Origin: Tubiluchus corallicola
Taxonomy: Eukaryota; Animalia; Priapulida
Direction of reading: 5' to 3'
DNA length: 64,000 nt
NCBI GenBank assembly: GCA_030141605.1
Contig: JAQGDQ010000531.1
Coordinates: forward strand, 1-64,000
Below are positions 14,711-50,843 of this stretch, one piece after another (positions within the stretch are counted from its first letter, which is position 1; the number at the start of each line of letters is the position of its first letter). The notes below the pieces were generated by a model. That model saw nothing but the letters and a program-made list of their open reading frames with translations, searched no databases and was not told the origin of the DNA. Position numbers and translations under genes: made by a program.

Positions 14711-16205
14711 AGACTTGATTGTTTTGACCTACAGTTTAAGATTTGGTAAGGTTTTTCTTTTAATCTCAATTGTTACCTCTATTGATGCAAAAAACAACAT
14801 CTAGCTTTATCAATATCAAGCTATATAAATAAATACATAAGCTTTATATAATCCTAATTTGCATTGCAATCAGCATTAGGTTTTCACAGTCATTATCTAA
14901 TTAATGACATTATTAATTACAGCTACTTTGTTTGCTTTTGTTTCGTAGCTTATTTCAGTCCTGTCTGCGTTGTCAGAGTTTCCAAATTTCTGCGGTTATG
15001 TACAGGCTTACAAGATTACAAAATTTTTACTGTTTAACTACGTTTTAATGTTCTTTACGTTCATTGAAATTTTCACATTTTTACTGATCAACAAGTGGTT
15101 AATTTTAGTTTAATCCGTTTATTTTACTAGGCGTATTGTTGTTTTATAAATACCATGGCGAATGTCTTAAACTGCAGATACCAGCAATTCTCTCACATGA
15201 ACAATTTACATTCCTGAAATAAGCTTTTAGATTCTAAAGCTTTATTCTCAGATAAAATCTCACTGTTCACTTAGCGCAGGTATAATTTACTTAATGACAG
15301 GTCAATTTCAGACAAAGCTTCTCTGTACATCAACAAAAATGTTAATCCCCTTGACTATGCATCAACAAAGATGTTTATCACGCTTAAAGCTGCTTATCTC
15401 TAAAATGACTGACGTTAATTCTAAAAGTAGGCGCCCAGCTACCCAGAAATTATCCTAAACTGCATTTTAAACGCCCTGAACATCAGAAGGAAACTAATCC
15501 TAGCAATTTACGCAGATTGTCTTTGTAAGAGAAAGTCGGTGTCTATCCTGTACATCACAAATTATCCTTTTCACAAGACCATGCAGAACGCATCAACAAA
15601 GCAGTTAATCGGATAACTAAGCTAACGCTTCTAACAGCTAAACGTCAATTTAGAAAATAAGAATTCATTCAGTTGCTCAAAAATCACCGTATTAAAAAGA
15701 ACTTTACAAACGTTAATCTACCGCCTTTCAACAATCAAACTTTAATGTTTATCACACCCTCCTCATCATCCTTTCACTTTATTTTCTAGTTCACGGCACA
15801 ATTTAAACACAATTTGTATCCCTCAAATCGCTCGCTATCCCTTTAACGGCTAATTTTCCCTGTTTAATTTAAAACACTCTTCCGCCTTTCTCTAATAGTG
15901 AGGGAAGAGGACAGGGAGCGCGGCACATGAGGGGAATGCGTTAGCGCCTCTCTTGCTCAAAATCCGCTAATGTCATATAAATGGAAGGTTTCGTTTTTGC
16001 TTTTATGTCAAATGCAATGCAGATTTGTCTACAGTCATACAAGACTTATTGTAATATAACAATGATAGACCAATGTCATGATAAAGCATCTCATTATCCC
16101 AGCCTCCATCATCCCCGCCTTAGAAAAGCAAAAGTCCTAGAAATAAATGCAAGTAGAAATACGAAGTAGAAGTATTAAGTAGACACGTCAAAAATACATT
16201 TATTT

Positions 16206-16420
16206 TCATAAACGCAGCCAGTAAGATAATAAAATAAAAATTTGTTTATCAGAGATTCCTTGATGCTGTGTGGCAATTAATGCGAGATCTGAAACTTTAA
16301 AATAAAGTTTAACAAATATGTCGGAATCATCCCCCCAGGAAGTTTTAAGAAGTTTTAAAAGTCGCCCTTTTCTAGGTGTTTCCGGTGTTATCATATGGCT
16401 CATGCTAATATCTCAGAAGT
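16206..16420 (-). mobile_element. Possible degenerate LINE reverse-transcriptase C-terminal fragment
   Basis: LLKLLKTSWGDDSDIFVKLY resembles the L..L....WG.....L..LY motif downstream of non-LTR RT domains. Confidence 0.35.
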
Positions 16421-17487
16421 ATAATCATTGTGTTGTTACGAATCAACAAAGCGCTAAATATTCTGATAACGGTATAACGCGTGTTGCTTCTTTAATCTTG
16501 GGTTGTTAAAACAACACTCCAACTACGCCAGGTAAATATGATAGACTTCGTTAGACTGTTAACTATATGATTATGCGATATGTTTAACTAGGACGAACTG
16601 TATTATGTCAATTATTCCACCATGTGGTATGTATATCGCATGTAGGGTGAATAACACTGTGTAAGCAATTCTATTCGTCACTAGAGTAATTATCAAAAAT
16701 ATCATATATACTCTTACACATGTAATTACACATAAAATACAGCATCTTATGTACTTTACATTTTTTATGTAGTTTTCAGTTAATTACTGCAAGTGCAAGA
16801 AACACGATGTCGTGGTGAGTTTTGCGACGAAAGTAAAACAAAAACGAGAGCCTTTCCTTCTATATTTTTTCTGTTCAATATCAACTCAACAACTAACTTC
16901 CTATTTTAACTAGGTTAACTCTTCGAACCAGTTCCTACAGTTACACGTAAATTAATTCACATTGGCTTCTTTACGGCGGGTGAATCGTGAAGCCCAAAAT
17001 TCACGACAGTGACCAACTTCAACTTGATTTCATAAATGAGTCAGGATGAAATTACCCCATATATGTAATTAAAGAAACGTTTATCTTTTTTAGAAAAATA
17101 ATAATATATATATATTAAGATACCAAGAATATTAATATAATGGATAGACGCAACTCGTATTAACGTGTTTTAACATTTAATTTAATTTAATTAAAATTAC
17201 TAGGCTAAACACAACAATCTAGCCATTTCATTTGAAGTGCTAATTAACTTTGAGAAAATACATAGTGTTGCACTAGTATCTCATGCAATTTTGACCGTTA
17301 CATGCATTTTTGTACGGGGTTGCAAAAAATACACAAATATTCGTCTTCCGTTGTGAAGAAGTTAATATTCTATGCAATAATTATCTTTCGTTAAAACACG
17401 TTAGGCGGACACGTAAAAATACAATAATTGACTGACATTCTTAAAAAGACGACATTAGGCACATGTTGGGAGATTTAAAAAACTCAA

Positions 17488-17637
17488 GTAAGTAAGTAGT
17501 AAGTAAGTAAGTAAGAAAGTAAGTAAGTATGTAAGTGAGTGAGTGAGTGAGTGAGTGAGTGAGTGAGTGAGTGAGTGAGTGAGTGAGTGAGTGAGCTAGC
17601 GAGCGAGCGTTTAAGTAAGTAAGTAAGTAAGTAAGTA
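17488..17637. repeat. (AAGT)n/(GAGT)n microsatellite
   Basis: Direct reading. Confidence 0.93.
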
Positions 17638-18073
17638 ATGTAAGAAAATAAGCATCTTTATTTGTCACTTTTTACAATAAAAATACACAGTGTACAAAAC
17701 AGTAATATCATACGATGTGACAAAATTATGATGATGATTAGTATATCTGAAATATGATGTTAAGCTGATTGGTGAAAGGGTGGCGAAGAAGTAAAATTCA
17801 TCAGGGTCAACTGCCCTGTATGTAATGTTATTATTAATAATAAGTTACGTGCAATTATGTAGAGTTGGGTAACAGATGCACGACATTTTCTATGTAATAT
17901 ATTCAGCAACAATTTTTGTGAAAAAATATATTTATTTTAGCTATGCAAAAGAAACAAAGCTTTATTTTTTCGATTAAAAGTGGAATAGATTGCTAACATC
18001 ACAAAATTGATAATTCTAGTTTTACAAATCTAATTTGTTGAGTTTTGGATGTGCAGTTTATATACCTAAAAGT

Positions 18074-18143
18074 GTTATTATTATTTTTCTAATGATTATT
18101 ATTACTGATGTTATTATTATTATTGTTGTTGTTGTTATTATTA

Positions 18144-18208
<65 letters not shown>

Positions 18209-18253
18209 GTTATTGTTATTGTTATTGTTATTGTTATTGTTATTGTTATTGTT

Positions 18254-18303
<50 letters not shown>

Positions 18304-18390
18304 CGTCGTCGTCGTTGTTGTTATTTTTTATTATTATTATTATTGTTGCTATTGTGACAATGTTATTAATAATAATAATGATGATATAAA
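18074..18390. repeat. (ATT)n/(GTT)n compound microsatellite just downstream of the EXTL3-like stop
   Basis: Direct reading. Confidence 0.93.
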
Positions 18391-18459
18391 TAATAATAAA
18401 AAATTATCAGTATTATTATATACATCATCATTTTTATTATTATTAATATTTGGAAATGC

Positions 18460-41266
<22,807 letters not shown>

Positions 41267-42594
41267 GTTGTCAACGTACCACAACAAAAATCCTTATAAA
41301 CTACTTTGTAAAAAAACATATATCGTATTACAAACTGAATTAGTAACAGTCCAACACACTGTTTGACTAAACATGCAAGTTCACGCACTGCTGCTTTGGC
41401 TGCACATACAATAATTTATTCTCATTTAAAGTTAGTGTGCGTGCTCACCAAAAGCGTTACCGGAAGCAAAGTTAACACAAGTAGACTTCAGAGAAGAGAA
41501 GAGCAAAATCCCGTTCACATACTGAGCCTTAATTTTTGTCTACCAGGCACTAAATGTCGGCTTGAAATCGCTGGCAAAACTAAAAAATGATGTTTCTAAA
41601 TCGTTTATAGCTTCTCGAAGATGTCTAAATTTCTCTTATGTTTTCTTTCGTTAGCAAACCGAGATAACCATAAAATAAAAAAAACTTATTTGATAATTTG
41701 TTAGTCGTCTTCGTAATATAGCCTTGTTTACATAAAGATCGAGTACACCTCATGTTTAAAAAACATAAAATAATACACAGTATATGCAATACAAAACTAA
41801 AATGCCGTAGTAGTTGTATTTTATGTCTTTTGACACTAACCACATTGTATTTACAACAACGAAATACGTACATCAAGTAGCATTACGAACAACATAATAC
41901 TAATTTACCGATTCTGATAAGCATCAGAAATATAGAGCCTACAAATGTTTTCAAAGACATAACATCCACACCCTGCAATATGTAATCCTTTTATAAGAAG
42001 TCAATGTATATGCAGCAGAGAACTGGAGTCGCATAAACGAACATACGACACACACCACACCACACCGCACCCACCACACCGTCCACACCACAAAACCTAC
42101 AATTGCCACGTCACTCACAAAACACCGCCCACACTATACTACACTACCTACACCATGCCAACCACACCATACCAGTCACACCATGTCACAACCACCAATC
42201 ATACTACACAACACACGCCATACTACACAGCACCAATCTACCATATCAAATGTTAATTGTAATGATGACGATGATGATAATGATGCATTATGATGTAGTT
42301 TTTTTTCATTTGGGTAAATGGAAGTCTCTCCATTTCTTGTTTTGTTTAATACACAGAATGTTCGATAGCGAGACGAAAAAGTAATGGGTGTACTTTAAAA
42401 CGAAGGCATTATTCTCATTTCGCGTTTAAATTATTGAAGAAATATTTTTTCGTTTGTTCTAGACAAACGAACATAGACTAAATCTAATTTTCAATTCTTC
42501 TTGAATCGAAAAATGAGTCCACCTCATACACCATAATCATTTATTCTTCACGAGAGGTTAAGATTAAATCTGTTATTATTATTATCATTAAATG

Positions 42595-42714
42595 TGCATG
42601 CGTGCCGGGGCATGTGTGTGTGAGTGTGTGCGTGCGTGTGTATGCGTGTGTGTGCGTGCATGCGTGCGTGCGTGCGTGTGTGTGCGTGTGCGTGTGCGTG
42701 TGTGCGTGTGTGCG

Positions 42715-42777
<63 letters not shown>

Positions 42778-42780
42778 ACA
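42595..42780. repeat. (TG)n/(CGTG)n microsatellite
   Basis: Direct reading. Confidence 0.95.
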
Positions 42781-43144
42781 CGCATGCACGCCTGTTTACA
42801 GATGACTCAGGCTAAAAAACAGTGGACACAAACTCCAACTGGTGGAGGGAACTCAATGTCGAGTATTGCATGTTTGGCGAGGCCAAGTAACTGGTATAGA
42901 TGTCGACTGGATTTTGGATGATTTTTCTGACGCTATAGAAACATTGGGTGAAGCATATTTAGAAATTAGCATTGGCATGAAAATGCAGGTTATACCAATC
43001 GCCATCGATCACCAGCTAGATGGCGAAGTGGGGAGCAAAAGAAAACCCTTTAATAATTTCATGATTTATGGGATAGTGACTTGTACAGCAATGCCAGAAC
43101 CACCGCTGTGGAAAATCTCGATTCTGATTCGGGGAGTGGCTTAT

Positions 43145-44009
43145 CGAAAATTTGTTTTATAGCATGTGATTTTTACGTTAATAAAACTCAGGGGAAAAAC
43201 CTATGGTACGTTAACCTGGTTTGTCTATTTGAAACAGGACTGAAATTGTCAGAAATCTTTTTATGAGTATCGTTAAGATAGTGTAATGCGATTATCCATT
43301 TTTAAAGTAAACCTCTATATGTATTTCTTTAATTGTTTGTGTCTCACTACTTGAACATTTAATCATTTTCATTTAGTCATTCGTACTTCCTATTTCAAAA
43401 GATCTCAAACCAACAATAAAAAGCAGTCAAGATTTCATTAAAATGTGGCCGCAATAAAATACATCATTATTTCATTCAAGTAACATTTCTATTCACTTAT
43501 AACTTGAGAACAATAGTATGATTCACACATCACAAATTTCACAAATCTATCGTGTTAGTTAACTATCATAAATGTTTACTTACATACTACCATTTACACG
43601 AATAGCATAATTATTACAAGTAGCACAATGCACTAAAGCACAATAATCACCTTATGAAGCACAATATAAAATCAATTTAGGTGCACCATAATATTAACTA
43701 TAATTTAGCACTATAGGCCTATATAGGGGGACTTGCTCTGTTAGCCAGTGAAAGCTAAGAGAGTCGAGCGGCCTTATATAAACTTTTCCTTCATAAATTA
43801 ATCTAAATAGTGGGCTTCATGCAATGCATACATGCATACTTGTATAGTCTGAAACTACCTACAGACCTATTCTAAGGGCAAATCTAAGTCTAACATTCAA
43901 GGCTATATTATAAGACTGTAGTTAAAGGAAAATTCATTAATTAGAAAAAATGCTATAGACACATAAAATTAAATTTATCTTCGGGAAATATATATGCGAT
44001 TTCCCGACA
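43145..44009. repeat. ~0.9-kb repeat; inverted partner of 33482..34365
   Basis: See partner. Confidence 0.88.
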
Positions 44010-44889
44010 TAGCTCTGGTTTTGTGGTATCTGTCTTCATATTTATCGAGATTCAGTTAAGAAGGTATGAATGTCTTTCTCCTCTGAAAGGCCAAGCCAGA
44101 GAGTCAGTTGCAAAAAATATGGTATTAAATATCTCATCTGTGAAGGATGGGGCTTGTTTCAAATATGCCATTTTGGGTCTTTGTATCTACATTTATTAAC
44201 AAGTTGGTCTAGACGCTTTGCAACAAATTACGATCAGTTTGCCAAGACCAATCCCACTAATAAAGCTTTCGAAAAAATAATCTCCAATACTATTTATGTA
44301 TTCGAGTAAAGATGAAAAAACAGACACATTAAATACCTTTGCAATGCTCCTCGTAGGGTAGCCGGCGGCGGAATTTCATCACATTCTTCTTTTTAATCCT
44401 CTATGGCATGGTATCACCTTCGAACAACATAGCTGCGAATGCCATCAAGCTGATGGAGACGTGCAAGAAAAATTACTGCCTCCACGCACCAAATTAAGCT
44501 TTACAAGTATAGTTGTATGCATATCTCCCAGCTACATTACTTATTGTGATTCTCGTACCCAATGACGACCCACTACTCAAACCTTTCGCAGGCAGACTTT
44601 ACCTAGTTCTTAACGAAAATATGGCAGCCTACACTCTTCTCTGTGAATATGGAGAATTCGTTGGAGAAGATTGCTCTCACTAATTAATGCTCTATATTCA
44701 CGACTTAGTGTAACAGTGGTCCATCAGCTTGAAGGCAGCTTGATGAAATTTAGTAAATGCCAATCAGCACCTGATCATGTATCCTCAAGATGAGGAAAAT
44801 TTTCGGACATCTAAGCAACGGTGTCACTGCAAAAAGCATGTTTTGCCCAAGGAAAAAATTCGCAAGCATCGCAATCTGAGGGATTATTA

Positions 44890-47800
44890 CATCTGACCTC
44901 CAAGAAGCCCTCTGTCCTCTAGGATGTTGCCTCTCCTATTGGAAGTTCTCTATTTTCTAGGAAGGCCTCTGTCCTCTAGGAAGTCTCCTGTCGTCCAGTA
45001 AGGCCTCTGTCCTCTAAGAAGCCTCTGTCCTCTAGAAAGTCATCTGTCCTTTAGGAAGACATTTGTTCTATAAGATGTAGAACAAGATGTCCACTGGGAA
45101 GTCCTATGTCCTTTATCCTTTTCGATGCTTTACATACACTGTCCTCTACGATGTCCTGTGTAATCTGGCCTCTATAAGGTCCTGTGTACTCTGTCCTCTC
45201 TGAACCTCTGTCCTCTAAGATGTTGCCTGTCCGCTTGGAAAACCTCTATTTCTTAGGAAGACCTCTGTCCTCTAAGATGTCCTTTGTCCTCTAGTAAGTC
45301 ATCTATCATCTATCCTCTAGCAAGTGTTTTGCCTTCAAGGAAGTCTTCTGTTCTCTAGGTATTCTTTTGTGCTCTGTCCTCTAGGAAGACCTTTGTCCTC
45401 TTAAAAGTCTTCTGGTTTCTAGGAAGGCCTTTATATGCTAAGTTGTCCTCTGCCCTTTAGGAGGTCCTATGTACGCTGTCATTTAGGAAATCCTCTGCCC
45501 TCTAGAGTGTGTGTCTTTTAGGAAGACTTTTCTACTCTAAGAAGTTCTTTGTCCTCTACGAAGACCCCTGTCCTCTAAAAAGTCCTCTGTCCTCTGTCCT
45601 TTAGGAAATCTTCTGTTTGCTAAGAGGTCCCATGTCCTCTGTTTTCTAGGAAGTCCCCTGTCGTCTAGTAAGACCACTGTCTTCTAGAAAGTCATCTGTT
45701 CTTTAGGAAGACCTTTTTTCTATAAGATGTCCACTGAGAAGTTCTATGTCCTCTATGCTTTAGGATGCTTTACATCCTCTGTCCTCCATTAAGCTCTGTT
45801 TCCCGTGTCAAGTCCTCTGGGAATGTTCTGTGTTCTAGGAAGTCCTATGTCCTCTAGGAAGACCTCTGTTGTATAAGGTGTCCCCTGACCTCCAGGAAGT
45901 CTGCTGTCCTCTAGGATGTTTTCTGTCCTCAATGGAGTGCTCTGGTAGATTCTCTGTTCACTAGGACACACCCTGTCCTCTAGCGAGTTCTCTAGGATGC
46001 TTCCTGTCCTGTAGGAAGTCTTCTGTCCTCTAGTAAGGCCTCTGCCCAGGAAGTCTTCCGTCCTTTAAGAAGTCCTGTAGAAAGTCTTCTAAGAAATCTT
46101 ATGTCCTCTAGGAGATCCTCTGTCCCATAGCAAGTTCTCCATGAGGTCATCTTTCTTCTAAGTCTTCTGTCCTCTAAGAAGTTCTCTGTCTTCTAGCAAC
46201 TCATCTAGGAAGTCCTCTGTGTTCTAAGAAGTCCCCCTAGGAAATCCTCTGTCCTCCAAGCAGTATTCTGTCCTATTCTAGCAGATCTTCTGCCATATAG
46301 AAAGTTCTCCATGAGCTCTTCTGTTCTCTAGGAAGTTCTGTGTACTCTGTACTCTAAGAAGTCCTACATTCTTTGTCCTCTAGGTCGACCTGTGTTTTCT
46401 GTCCTCTAGAATGATATCTGTCCTCTCTGTAGTGCTCTGGGATATTCACTGTTCACTATGTTCTTCTATGATGTTTTCCTGTCCTCTTGGAAGTCTTTCG
46501 TCCTCTAGTAAGGATTCTGCCCAATAGGAAGTCTTCTATACTCTATGAAGTATTCTAGGAAGTCGTCTAAGAAATCGTCTGTCCACCAGGAGATCCTGTG
46601 AACCATAGTAAGATCTCCATGAGGTCCTCTGTCCGCTAAGAGGTCTGCTGTCCTCTAAGAAGATCTTTGTTATCTAAGAAGTCCTTTGTCTTCTAGGAAG
46701 TCTTGTGTCCTCTATGAAGCCTTCTGTCCTGTAGTAAGAAATCTGTTCTCTAGGAACTCTTCTGTCCTCTAAGAAGTCGTATGTCCAATATAAAGCTCTC
46801 TAACCTCTATCAAGTCCTCTAAGAAGGCAACTGTCCTATGTGAAGCTCTCTGTCCTCTCTCAAGTCCTCTAGGAAGTCCTCAGTGTTCTAGGAAGTCCTC
46901 TGTTGTCTAAGTTGTCCTCTGGTCACCAGGACGCCTTCTGTCCTCTAGGATGTTTTTTGTTCTCTGTGAAGTCCACTATTTCCTAGGAAAGCCTCTGTTC
47001 TCTAGGAAGTCCCATGTCCTCTAAGCAGGCCTCTGTCCTGTAGAAGGTCCTCTGTCCTTTAGTGCATCTTCTGTTCTCTAGAAAGTCTAAGAAATCGTCT
47101 GTCCACCAGGAGATCCTGTGTCCCATAGTAAGATCTCCATGAGGTCCTCTGTCCGCTAAGAGGTCTGCTGTCCTCTACGATGTCCTGTGTAATCTGGCCT
47201 CTATAAGGTCCTGTGTACTCTGTCCTCTCTGAACCTCTGTCCTCTAAGATGTTGCCTGTCCGCTTGGAAAACCTCTATTTCTTAGGAAGGCCTCTGTCCT
47301 CTAGGAAGCCTTCTATCCTCTTGGAAGTCCTCAGTCCTTTAAGAATTCCTCTGTCCTCTAAGAAGTCCTCTGCCCTCTAGAAAGTCACCTGTCCCTTAGA
47401 AGAGCTTTGTACTCTAATAAGTCTTTGTCCTCTAGGAAGGCCACTGTCCTCTATCATTTAGGATGTCTTATGTCCACTGTCCTCTGTATGCTAGGAAACC
47501 CTCTGTCCCCTGTACTCTAGGAAGACCTTTGACCCCTTAGTCTTCTGTTCTCTAGACAGTCCTATATCCTCTGTACTCTAGGAGGCTCTCTGTCTTCTAG
47601 GAAGACTTCTGTCCTCTAAAAGCCTAAAAGCCCTCTGTCCACTAGAAAGCCTTCTGTTAACTAGGAAGTCCTCTGCCTTCTTGGAAGTTCTTTGTCCACT
47701 AGGAAGACCTCTGTCCTCTAAAAAGCCTTCTGTCCTCTAGAAGTCTTCACTAGGAAGTCCTATGTCCTCAATCCCCTAGGAAGTCTTCTTTTCTCTAGGA

Positions 47801-48620
47801 AGTCCAATGTCCCCTGTTCTTTAGGAAGTACTATGGTCCCTGTCATCTTGGAAGTCCCTGTGAAGACCTCTGTCTCCTAAGTAGTCCTTGGTCCTCTAAG
47901 AAGATCTTTGTTATCTAAGAAGTCCTTTGTCTTCTAGGAAGTCTTGTGTCCTCTATGAAGCCTTCTGTCCTGTAGTAAGAAATCTGTTCTCTAGGAACTC
48001 TTCTGTCCTCTAAGAAGTCGTATGTCCAATATAAAGCTCTCTAACCTCTATCAAGTCCTCTAAGAAGGCAACTGTCCTATGTGAAGCTCTCTGTCCTCTC
48101 TCAAGTCCTCTAGGAAGTCCTCAGTGTTCTAGGAAGTCCTCTGTTGTCTAAGTTGTCCTCTGGTCTCCGGGACGCCTTCTGTCCTCTAGGATGTTTTTTT
48201 GTCCTCTGTGAAGTCCACTCTTTCCTAGGAAAGCCTCTGTTCTCTAGGAAGTCCTATGTCCTCTAAGCAGGCCTCTGTCCTGTAGAGTCCTCTGTCCTTT
48301 AGGAGATCTTCTGTTGTCTAGCCAGTCCCCTGTTCTCCAAGAAGTCGTCTGTCCTGTAGAAGGTCCTCTGTCCTTTAGTACATCTTCTGTTCTCTAGGAA
48401 GTCCTATATCCTCTGTCTTCTAGGAAGTCTTCTGTCCTCTGGGAAGACCTCTGTCCTCTAAGAAGACATTTGTCTTCTTAGAAGTCTTCTGCTGTCTAGG
48501 AAGACCCATGTCCTCTGTCCTCAAGGAAGCCCTCTGTCCTCTAGGAAGACATCTGCCCTCTAAGAAGTTCTTTGTCATCTAGGAAGTCCTCTTTTTTCTT
48601 GGAAGGCCTGTGTCCTGTAT
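44890..48620 (+). repeat. 3.7-kb degenerate satellite built on a ~20-bp unit (ctctgtcctctaggaagtc) with internal block duplications
   Basis: Unit recurs throughout; 46650..47045 is nearly repeated at 47891..48285, and 45141..45270 at 47170..47300. Confidence 0.92.
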
Positions 48621-49450
48621 GGGATAAACATGGCCATCACTTTGCTTGAAACGCTCAAATTTCTCGACATTGAAATATTTGCTCAATTCATTATGCGCTT
48701 CTGACGATGTATTGTTTCATTCTCTAATGAACCCAGTATGCTGCTTTGTGGGCTTGCAAGCTTTAGTATTATATCCCCAGGAAGTATTGGTATAATTATT
48801 TCATCTGCTGTTGACTTATCGTTTTGTTGTAGTTGAATCTTTCTTCTTAATACTCTAAAAGCCATGTCAAATTTCGTTCCTGGTAAAAAATTACTCCTGT
48901 TTTTCTTTAAATTCGCACTACTGTAACTAATGATTTGCCTTTTACACTTTCTGTAATCGCAGCAAGTTCTGCATTGCACTGAACCCGCACTGAACCCGCA
49001 CTGAAACTACAGACTGATTACTTTTTACTGAGTTAAGTTACTGTTTCCTTGAGAGATCGAAGATTTCGCAGCATCATTGCATGTTGGCTTGACTTTACTT
49101 TGTGTTATGATGGCCTCTCTTTGGCCTGCTTTGTGTAGCATTCAGTTGGCATCTGAAATTTTCTTCCTTTAACTATTTCTATATAGGAAGGATTGCTAGT
49201 GAACCACATAACACAGGATACGCTATTACATGAACAGTATTACTACGTGCATAGCGAATTTTAGGAAGACTATTAGGGTTCACACAGTAAGACTTAATTA
49301 CGAAGGTGCACAGTTTTGTTACACGTACTCTTGATGCTTTCACATCTAGGGACAATTCAAAAAGCCTTGACTACTGATACAGAAGTGTTACAATCAAATA
49401 AAACATAAAAAATAAAATCACATAATTACAGAATATTATTAATATATTAC

Positions 49451-49575
<125 letters not shown>

Positions 49576-49937
49576 AATATAATAAGAGTAATAAGGAAGT
49601 TATTGTTGATGTTAGTGTACAATGTACGGGTAAAATTGTTTTTGTATGAAATATGTGCATAATTCCATAAAGAATTCAGCTCTCATTATTTCTACGCATT
49701 TCTACTGTTTTGGTCACTAACTGCATGCGGTGAACAATTTACAGTTTCCGCTCTTTGATAGTCGCTGTTCTGCCATCAGCAATACCGTTACCCGATATAA
49801 ATGCTGTAAAAGTGAAACGTAATGCAGCTGCGCTGTTGTGAATTGAGTAAGAATTATACTTGTAAAAAAATGCTCGTAATCTCTTGGGGTAATTCAGCAA
49901 TCAGTAGGTCCAAAATTTAATTTTGGTGACTAGAAAC

Positions 49938-50843
49938 ATGAAGCGAGTGATACGTAGGTTCGCCTGTTCATTGATGATCGTTCTTGTAATGTTGTCATAT
50001 CAAAAGAGTCACATGTTGCTAGATTACCTAGGATTGGCAAATACATCACTGATGTCAGACGAAGTCCATGAAGCAATAAAATACGAAAACGCAAGCAAAG
50101 CAACATCTCAAAACCGTTTAAATCGTGTTTTTCAAGTTCAGCCCTTAACTATATTAAAAGGAAATTCGAGGGATGTTATTATAACAAAGTTTTCTGATTT
50201 TGTTTCTCACGATGTTCTTTCTTATACTAAAGTTATCAACTTTATTCTGCCAAACAAGCGATTTAACTCCACGAGGACCCTGTCTATAGCAACACAAACC
50301 TCTTGGGAATATATGCATCATTTGCTGGACTTAGCAGAAAGATTTGATGGTCCAATATCTGCAGCCCTGTACGTGCCAGGAAACAGCTACGAATTTACAA
50401 TTGACAGAATTTTTTTGTATCGCAAATGTCATTGGCGATTTTTAGATAAGGTTGCAGTGTCTCTGTTTTTTCCATCAGATATGACACCTACACTTTCGAA
50501 CAGCAAAAGGACATCTAATTTGACATGTCATGATTCTATGTTGCCACCTGTCGATGGTCCTGAGATGTCACAATATGGACCGTATCCTGTAAACGTGGGT
50601 CGTAATACAGCACGTCGTGCTGTTTACACAGAACGTGTTTTGTTAATGGATGTGGAACTGAAACCAACTCCAAGACTTATGGAAAAGTTCTTCAAAATGC
50701 TTGACAAGTCTAATGCGAATGCAGCATTAAATATCGTTTATGTGCTTCCTGTATTTGAGTTGACTTTAGAGACACCTGTACCGAACACAAAAACAGAATT
50801 GCTGGAGCTGATTAGAAACAAAACTGCCGTTCCATTTCATGAG
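49938..50843 (+). CDS. B4GAT1: B4GAT1-like exon 1
   Basis: ATG 49938, MKRVIRRFACSLMIVLVML; ends AVPFHE|gtaaaa. Confidence 0.92.

Noticed and set aside
44300-44890. Possible Gypsy RT remnant (…MKFSKCQSAPDHV…)
   Set aside because: Only one weak motif; too degraded to call
44890-48620. Repetitive E/D/R/G-rich protein on the minus strand
   Set aside because: Unit length varies and all frames carry frequent stops; the longest tracked ORF is 60 aa
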